Below, piece by piece: positions 33,955 to 39,664 of a stretch of DNA of 39,664 nt. The stretch lies in the IMG/VR virus record IMGVR_UViG_3300020593_000005, positions 1 through 39,664 of that record; one strand, 5' to 3'. The notes under the pieces were generated by a model that was given only the letters and a program-made list of their open reading frames with translations, was not told the origin of the DNA and did no database searches. Position numbers and translations under genes: made by a program. The DNA is from a virus. Its lineage: Duplodnaviria; Caudoviricetes. Within the stretch, counting starts at the first letter, position 1, and each line of letters starts with the position of its first letter.

Positions 33955-35834
33955 GCTTTCAAGCGCCTATCCGCGACCGCGAACGCGGGCTGCGTGGTCC
34001 GGGTTTGTCCGTCGCGGACAAAAGTTATTTCGACGGGCGAGTTAGTGATGCGGAAGCGGCTGCAGTCGATGCCACCACTAAGGCGGATGAAGCAGCCACC
34101 AGTGCCGCCAATGCTGCAACTACCGCCGATACCCGTATTGCGGCTTATGACCTCTCCCGCCTGGCGATCATCTGGCCTGATGACCCGCTGAAGGGCGGCA
34201 GCCTGACCGTCAACGATAGCGGCGAAGTGCTATCGGGCGTGCTGGCCGATGGTCGGGTCTATGGGAAAACTGCCGAGACGCTGATCGTCTGGCCCGATGA
34301 CCCCTATTACGGGACCGGCGCGACGGTGAACGACGACGGGATGGTCCTATCCGGCCAGGCATTGGAAGCGTCCGCCCTGGACGCGCTGGCGGTCGGTGTG
34401 CTGGGGGATGGCAATGTCTGGGCGGTCGGGCCGGATGCGAGCGTGCGCCTGTCCGATCCGGTCGGCACGGCCTATAACCCGCAGCTGCGCGACAGCACCG
34501 TCTATTGGGTGGACGGCACCAGCTACCGGTCGATGGACCTTGATGCGCTGTCGGACATTCCCGGCTCCATCACGAAGCTGGTCATGGTGCCGCTGCTCGG
34601 TCAATCGCTGGCCGCGTCCTTCTCGGACAGCGGCATGACGGCTCTGACCACCAACGCGGCGGCGCGCACCTATATGTTCACGGGTGGGACCGTGCCCATT
34701 CAGGACGCAAAGCTGGATGCCCAGCCCGTGGGCCTTGCCGAAATAGACGACCGGCAACTGGCGGGCCTTGTCCCGCTGGTCGAGAAGGTGCGGCGCACCA
34801 CGGCGCCCAGCGCGGGCTATGGTGAAAGCATGGGCGGCGGCCTTGCGGCTGTGCTGGCGGCGGCGCGCCCCGCCAATGAGGCGATCGTGTTCGCGTCCTT
34901 CGCTGTCGGATCGACCACGATCAGCCAGCTTGGCGCGACCTCCTACCCTTTCCAGAACATGATCCGGGGCATCGAGCGCATTGCGGCATGGTGCAAGCTC
35001 AAGGGCATTGCCTTCGACTGCCCCGTGATGGCGTGGCTTCAGGGCGAGGGCAATATCGCCGACAATACCTCGCCCGCGACCTATTCCACCTCGCTGCTGG
35101 CGCTCCAAGGGGCGTTCAAGACGGCGGTCGATGCGGCGGTCGGAACAGTAACCGACCGGCCCATTGTGCTGCTTCAGCCCGGCAGCGCATCCTTCTACGC
35201 CAAGACAAATATCCTGCCCGCCTCGCTCATGGACGTGGCGCTCGCCAATCCGACCAAGGTCAAGGTGGCGGGCGGGCTGTATCATCAGCCCAACTACGCG
35301 ACCGGCGGGGTGCATATGACCTCGCTGGGCTATCGCAGGACAGGCGAGGAGTTCGGTCGGGCCATTGCCCAAGTCATTGCCGAAGCCGAAGCGGGTACCG
35401 TTGCAGACGCTGATACGGGCGCGCTCTATGTCACGGCGGCGGGCAATGCTGCAATGACGCTGACGATCACGACCAGCGCGGCGACCCAGCTTGTGCAGGA
35501 CACCGCGACTGTCACCGATCCGGGGCAGTCCGGCCTGGTGCTGCGCAAGGTGTCGGATGGAACGACCGTGGCCCTGTCCAGCATCGCCGTGTCGGGCACG
35601 AACCAGATCACCGCCGCGCTGGCCGGTGCGCTGGAGGCAGGCGCGCAATATCAGCTTGAGGTCGGGCAGAACCTCGCTTCGGTCACGCCAGCGGGGTCTG
35701 TCTTCGCCGGGCCGACCACCGGCTACCGTGCCTGTTTCCGCGACAGTTCACCCGACACCTATTCCGCAACCGGCGGCGGCGGGGCGATGCGCCGCTGGAT
35801 CGCCTACCAGGCCTTCACCTTCACCGCATCCTAA
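33951..35834 (+). CDS. Tailspike with SGNH O-acetylesterase (SASA-like) domain
   Basis: GQSL, WLQGEGN and GVHMTSLGY blocks. Confidence 0.75.
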   Translation: MSFQAPIRDRERGLRGPGLSVADKSYFDGRVSDAEAAAVDATTKADEAATSAANAATTADTRIAAYDLSRLAIIWPDDPLKGGSLTVNDSGEVLSGVLADGRVYGKTAETLIVWPDDPYYGTGATVNDDGMVLSGQALEASALDALAVGVLGDGNVWAVGPDASVRLSDPVGTAYNPQLRDSTVYWVDGTSYRSMDLDALSDIPGSITKLVMVPLLGQSLAASFSDSGMTALTTNAAARTYMFTGGTVPIQDAKLDAQPVGLAEIDDRQLAGLVPLVEKVRRTTAPSAGYGESMGGGLAAVLAAARPANEAIVFASFAVGSTTISQLGATSYPFQNMIRGIERIAAWCKLKGIAFDCPVMAWLQGEGNIADNTSPATYSTSLLALQGAFKTAVDAAVGTVTDRPIVLLQPGSASFYAKTNILPASLMDVALANPTKVKVAGGLYHQPNYATGGVHMTSLGYRRTGEEFGRAIAQVIAEAEAGTVADADTGALYVTAAGNAAMTLTITTSAATQLVQDTATVTDPGQSGLVLRKVSDGTTVALSSIAVSGTNQITAALAGALEAGAQYQLEVGQNLASVTPAGSVFAGPTTGYRACFRDSSPDTYSATGGGGAMRRWIAYQAFTFTAS

Positions 35835-35846
35835 GAGGTAACCGAC

Positions 35847-36635
35847 ATGGCACGTCCCGACATTGCTGAAATCCGCAAGGGTGCGATCGCGCAGAGCGGC
35901 GCTCCGACACTGTTGCACGAAACCACCGATCTGGATCGCGCGCTTTATCGGTTCGACCAGGTCGTTCCGGGCGGCATCGTCGCTTATTCGCGGGCCATAG
36001 ACCGCAACGACGCGCTACCCGCGTCCTTCAAGGATCGCATGGCGGGCAGCATCGTTCCCGGCGCGGGCGGCGCGATCGCCAATGACAATGCCAATTTCGG
36101 CGGGAAAGACACCTACGACATGACCGGCATGAATACGGTCGGTTTCCCCTCATCCGCCACGCTCTGCCCGGCCAGCTTCACCTTCATCCTGCCGTTCCGC
36201 ATGAATGCGCTGCGCACGAACAATTCCATCTTCAGCGTCACGGAGTCGCAGTTCGTCGCCTATATCAATGGCCTCAACAAGCTTGTGATGGATGACAAAT
36301 TCGGGGCCGGTGAGGCGTCCTTCTCCTTTGCCAACAGCCTAGTCATCAACACCACCTATCTGCTGTGGATCAGCCATGACGCGGTGAGCAAGACGAGCCG
36401 CTACGGGATTACCAACAATGTGGCGGAAAGCCATGTTCACACGCTTGGCCATGCCCCCGGTGCGGCCAGCTTCGCGCGGTTCGCTTCCTGGTATACCTCG
36501 CTCGCCAACACCACGATCAACGGCCATGTTGAGGGATGGGCGTTGCTGTCGGGTGCCTATGCCGCCTCGGGATCGGATGCGGACGATGCTATCGCCGATG
36601 TCCTGACGAACTGGCGGGATTTGCTAGGGCTGTGA
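35847..36635 (+). CDS. ConA/LamG-like beta-sandwich virion protein
   Basis: GAGG RBS; beta-rich; SFTF and INGHVEGW patterns; follows the tailspike. Confidence 0.55.
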   Translation: MARPDIAEIRKGAIAQSGAPTLLHETTDLDRALYRFDQVVPGGIVAYSRAIDRNDALPASFKDRMAGSIVPGAGGAIANDNANFGGKDTYDMTGMNTVGFPSSATLCPASFTFILPFRMNALRTNNSIFSVTESQFVAYINGLNKLVMDDKFGAGEASFSFANSLVINTTYLLWISHDAVSKTSRYGITNNVAESHVHTLGHAPGAASFARFASWYTSLANTTINGHVEGWALLSGAYAASGSDADDAIADVLTNWRDLLGL

Positions 36636-36781
36636 TGCGCGGGCTCGCCTTCATCACCGGCCTAGCCTCCGCGTCCCTCGCCGCCGTCGCGCTAATCAAA
36701 GGCTGGTCCCTGCTCTGGGCCATCCCCTTCGCCCTGTGGTTCGCCTTCGTGTTCGTGCCGGACATGAATCGCGATGAGTAG
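36635..36781 (+). CDS. Small membrane protein
   Basis: TGATG coupling; two hydrophobic stretches. Confidence 0.55.
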   Translation: MRGLAFITGLASASLAAVALIKGWSLLWAIPFALWFAFVFVPDMNRDE

Positions 36782-36959
36782 GGTCGTCCTCTATCTCGCC
36801 CTGATCGCGCTCCCGATGCTCACCCTTGATTGGCTGGATGGCATTGTGAGCGCTGCGGCGCTGGTCCTGTCGTTCGGGGCCGTCGATCTGGCGCAATGGC
36901 TTTGGGGCGAACACACAACGGCGAAAACGCCAAGGGTCGGGGCAACCCGCGATGAATAG
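36774..36959 (+). CDS. Small membrane protein
   Basis: Two hydrophobic stretches; overlaps both neighbours. Confidence 0.55.
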   Translation: MSRVVLYLALIALPMLTLDWLDGIVSAAALVLSFGAVDLAQWLWGEHTTAKTPRVGATRDE

Positions 36960-37254
36960 CGCAACAACAGCGGGAACGAACGGCATGGATCTATTGGGTG
37001 CGGACGGGGGGAGCCTCGCCGCTGCCTTCGGATCGGGGTGCGTGGCGACATGGGGTTTCATTCAGATGGTCCTGATCGGCCCGCTCAAGAAGCAACTCCA
37101 GGAACTGAAAGACGAGTGCAAGGAGCGGGATGACAGGTCCGTCCAGCGCATCCAGCAGCTTGAAACGCTGCTTCTCCTGCATGGGCCGGGACAGCTTCGC
37201 CAGCAATTGCAGGCCGCGCTTTCGGAAGAGCGGGTGATGGGGGACAGGGTATGA
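36952..37254 (+). CDS. Membrane-anchored coiled-coil protein (holin/antiholin candidate)
   Basis: One TM helix plus coiled coil, directly upstream of the endolysin. Confidence 0.55.
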   Translation: MNSATTAGTNGMDLLGADGGSLAAAFGSGCVATWGFIQMVLIGPLKKQLQELKDECKERDDRSVQRIQQLETLLLLHGPGQLRQQLQAALSEERVMGDRV

Positions 37255-37820
37255 GGCAACCAATCTTCGACGCGATCCGCGATGTTCGCGGCAAGGGCTT
37301 CACCCCTGCCGAAGTGAACATGACAGATGCCTTTCTGGATAGCCTGGGCATAGCGCGGGATACGCAGGCAGGGCGATCGATCAGCAAGAAGGGCCTCGAC
37401 CTTATCAAGCAGTCCGAAGGCTGCAAGCTGACCGCATACCCGGATCCCGGCACTGGCGGCGCGCCGTGGACTATTGGCTACGGCCATACCGGGCCGGAGG
37501 TAAAAAAGGGCTTGGTATGGACGCAGGCGCAGGCTGACAGCGCACTTGCAGATGATGTATCGCGGTTCGCCGATGGGGTCTCCGCGCTTTTGGGGTCGGC
37601 CCCCACGACGCAAGGCCAGTTCGATGCGATGGTCAGCCTCGCCTACAATATCGGTTTGGGCAACTTCCGCGAAAGCACCCTGCTCCGCCTCCACAAGGAA
37701 GGTGATTACGCGGGCGCGGCTAATCAATTCGCCCGGTGGCGGTTTGCGGCGGGGAAGGAATTGCCGGGGCTGGTGAAGCGGCGAGCGGCTGAGGCTGCGC
37801 TTTACTGGGGGCAGGCATGA
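37251..37820 (+). CDS. Endolysin, GH24 lysozyme
   Basis: EGCKLTAYPDP...WTIGYGHT; FDAMVSLAYNIG; LPGLVKRRAAE. Confidence 0.93.
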   Translation: MRQPIFDAIRDVRGKGFTPAEVNMTDAFLDSLGIARDTQAGRSISKKGLDLIKQSEGCKLTAYPDPGTGGAPWTIGYGHTGPEVKKGLVWTQAQADSALADDVSRFADGVSALLGSAPTTQGQFDAMVSLAYNIGLGNFRESTLLRLHKEGDYAGAANQFARWRFAAGKELPGLVKRRAAEAALYWGQA

Positions 37821-38038
37821 GACTCCCGCCCATGAACATGGCGGCGGCCCGGATCATCGCTGGTGGCGGCGTATTCGTCCTGACAGTCCTGATCCTCGCG
37901 ATGCTCGCGTTCAAACCTGAACTGGCGGAATCCGACCTGTTCAAGTCTTTGGCGCAGGCCATTGTCATTCAGGGGCTGATCGGCCTTGTGATGGCGTTCC
38001 TTTACACCGGGAAGAATGGCGGGGGGAAGGAAGAATGA
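37817..38038 (+). CDS. Holin candidate (two TM helices)
   Basis: Two TM helices and a charged C-terminus; lies between lysin and spanin. Confidence 0.6.
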   Translation: MRLPPMNMAAARIIAGGGVFVLTVLILAMLAFKPELAESDLFKSLAQAIVIQGLIGLVMAFLYTGKNGGGKEE

Positions 38039-38547
38039 ACGCCCTCCCCTTCCCCCTGTCCACCCTGCGCGCCCACTGGAAGCTCATAGGAGCCGCTTTC
38101 CTGCTATTGGCCCTCATCATCCAGACATTCCGCCTGAGCGCCACAGAGGGCGCCCTGAGCGCGGAGAAGGCGGGAAGGCGGGCTGACCGCGCTTCTTATG
38201 AGAAGGCGCAGGCGCAGGCCACCGCAGAAGCCTTATCCGCCAAGCTGAAAAAGGATGCCGAAAATGCTCAAGCTGCACAAACTGCCGACGCTGGCTATAA
38301 TGCTTTGCGCGAGCGGTATGATCGCCTCTTGCGGGTCAAAGCCGCTGATCGTTCATCCGGCAGAACCATTGCCCCCGCCGAAGGTTACGCTCCCAGCGTT
38401 CATGAAAGCGCCCCCGCCATGCTTGACGGTTTTCGCCCCTTGCCAGAATCCGACTGGCTGAAACTGCCCGCCCTGCAATCTTACGCTGACCAATGCTTTA
38501 ACTGGTCGATGTCTCTCGCTAACGAGGAAGGCCATGGCGATCAGTAA
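38035..38547 (+). CDS. Inner-membrane spanin (Rz-like)
   Basis: N-terminal TM plus alanine-rich coiled coil; contains an embedded lipoprotein ORF. Confidence 0.75.
   Translation: MNALPFPLSTLRAHWKLIGAAFLLLALIIQTFRLSATEGALSAEKAGRRADRASYEKAQAQATAEALSAKLKKDAENAQAAQTADAGYNALRERYDRLLRVKAADRSSGRTIAPAEGYAPSVHESAPAMLDGFRPLPESDWLKLPALQSYADQCFNWSMSLANEEGHGDQ
38255..38461 (+). CDS. Outer-membrane spanin (Rz1-like), embedded in Rz
   Basis: +1 frame; lipobox IAS-C; proline-rich mature region. Confidence 0.72.
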   Translation: MPKMLKLHKLPTLAIMLCASGMIASCGSKPLIVHPAEPLPPPKVTLPAFMKAPPPCLTVFAPCQNPTG

Positions 38548-39073
38548 AACCCAATCGGGCCTGCGCTTTACGTCGAGCAATGACAGCCTCCTCGATTGTA
38601 GAGAAGGTGCCGAGGTAATGCTTTTTAACGCCGAGGCTAATTTCCGCCCTGTATTTCCCGCGCACGGCGACCACGCCGACGTGTCCCGTGGAGTTGGCGC
38701 GCGAAAGACTGCGATTTTTGGAATTGTCACTCCCAGTCACAACTCTAAGATTCCGGAGCCTGTTGTCGGAACGAATACCGTTGATGTGGTCAATCTCCCC
38801 ATCGGGCTCCGTCCCATGGACCATCTTCCACATCAGTCGGTGCACGTAGTAGAACCTACCGTCCAGAGTGAGGCGGATGTATCCGCTTGGGGTGATGCGC
38901 CCGGCCTCCTTCCCTGCTCGGTCGTTGTTCCAGCGCAAAGTCATATAAGCATCGGATCGAGAGCCGGAAGCGGGGCACAGATCACGGCGCTTCCATAGCA
39001 GGGAGCCGGTGTCTTGATTGTAATGCAGCACCTTGCGTAGATAATCCGCGTCGGGCAGTTTCAGTTTAGCCAT
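38519..39073 (-). CDS. HNH-AP2 homing endonuclease
   Basis: VHRLMW, IDHINGIRSDNRLRNLR, NSTGHVGV, YLGTFSTIEEA; AAGGA RBS. Confidence 0.88.
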   Translation of the reverse strand: MAKLKLPDADYLRKVLHYNQDTGSLLWKRRDLCPASGSRSDAYMTLRWNNDRAGKEAGRITPSGYIRLTLDGRFYYVHRLMWKMVHGTEPDGEIDHINGIRSDNRLRNLRVVTGSDNSKNRSLSRANSTGHVGVVAVRGKYRAEISLGVKKHYLGTFSTIEEAVIARRKAQARLGFTDRHGLPR

Positions 39074-39162
39074 AGTGCAGTATCCTTGCATTTTGGTCAG
39101 GGCTGGGTCGCTGTTAGCGCAGCTTCCCGGCCCGCATTTCTTAGCAGAATCAGGTTTTGTTC

Positions 39163-39306
39163 TCAAGCAGCGACGGACCCGGTGGAGGTGCCGTCTTTCC
39201 TGTCGGGTCAATCCTGATCCCGGAGAGCGATACTTTCATATGCGCGACGAACACGGCCCGGTTGCAGGCGGTGAGGGAATGGGCTGTGTCGCTCGACCAA
39301 CCCTAA
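39163..39306 (+). pseudogene. Orphan 3' end of an alternative Rz spanin gene
   Basis: Startless frame ...IPESDTFICATNTARLQAVREWAVSLDQP* aligns with the Rz end LPESDWLKLPALQSYADQCFNWSMSL (PESD-x16-W-xx-SL). Confidence 0.55.
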
Positions 39307-39509
39307 TCATCCGGCAAATACTCCGCCAGCTTCTCCGCATAACCCTGATGCCCCTCTTCCATCAGCGCCTGAACCACGTCCCAAATCTCGTGCGGGTCCA
39401 CATAATGCCCCGCATCGATCTGCTTCTGGAGGGCCGTATATTCGTCCACCGCTGGGCCGCGTCCGCCTATGGGCCGGAATTTCTCGGCATTATGTAGCAA
39501 ACGCACCAA
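39303..39509 (-). CDS. Hypothetical protein (start uncertain)
   Basis: Acidic helical ORF, convergent with the lysis operon. Confidence 0.45.
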   Translation of the reverse strand: MVRLLHNAEKFRPIGGRGPAVDEYTALQKQIDAGHYVDPHEIWDVVQALMEEGHQGYAEKLAEYLPDD

Positions 39510-39552
39510 GCTCTAGATAGATGTAATCGCCCGCGTAGCGTAATGTCATCAT

Positions 39553-39664
39553 ATGACGGACTACGCCTTAGATGCGCTCAAACGAAAGCGCGCGGAGATG
39601 ACCGGCGAGATTGCCTTGTGCCACGCTCGCCTTCAGCAGCTATCCACCGATCTGGAGCATTTGG
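39553..39664 (+). CDS. Hypothetical protein (partial)
   Basis: MTDYALDALKRKRAEMTGEI...LEHL coiled coil, open to the window end. Confidence 0.55.
   Translation, partial: MTDYALDALKRKRAEMTGEIALCHARLQQLSTDLEHL

Larger units (their letters stand above)
1..39306. mobile_element. Lambdoid temperate phage / prophage (siphovirus, HK97-type head); left end lies outside the window, right end approximate
   Basis: Contiguous immunity, replication, packaging, head, tail and lysis modules in lambdoid order; no integrase or att visible. Confidence 0.95.

Noticed and set aside
34160-34360. Diversity-generating retroelement repeat pair
   Set aside because: The repeat is an in-frame protein duplication without adenine-specific differences, and there is no reverse transcriptase in the window
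34347-35648. 433-aa minus-strand ORF
   Set aside because: Shadow of the tailspike gene
39148-39162. Alphaproteobacterial SOS box in the HNH-AP2 promoter
   Set aside because: AATC-N7-GTTC matches only one half of GTTC-N7-GTTC; too weak to call

Overview
The window is almost entirely one lambdoid temperate siphovirus or prophage with an HK97-type head. The host is probably an alphaproteobacterium of the Sphingomonadaceae, inferred from protein families, base composition and an EcfG-type promoter. From left to right it holds: leftward early genes (truncated at the window edge; no integrase or att site seen); PL/OL at about 1.4 kb; a ~4 kb accessory cassette between OL and cI (Cys-rich secreted peptide, mini-HTH, KilA-N/BstA-like protein, lipoprotein, HIRAN protein, P-loop ATPase, two putative antisense-RNA units); the cI/OR/cro switch; rightward early genes (CII-like, DNA methyltransferase, DUF2303, RusA, GIY-YIG, replication initiator, split primase-helicase, NusG-like antiterminator); HNH, terminase, protease, capsid, portal and tail genes, with a RelE/HigA toxin-antitoxin moron before the tape measure gene; an SGNH esterase tailspike; a lysis cassette with embedded Rz/Rz1; and an HNH-AP2 endonuclease. 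The most interesting observations are the putative defence cassette in the immunity region, two distinct covarying RNA structure motifs (each present twice), an out-of-frame primase zinc-binding domain, and several gene-end replacement scars. All family assignments come from motif recognition by eye, not from database searches.
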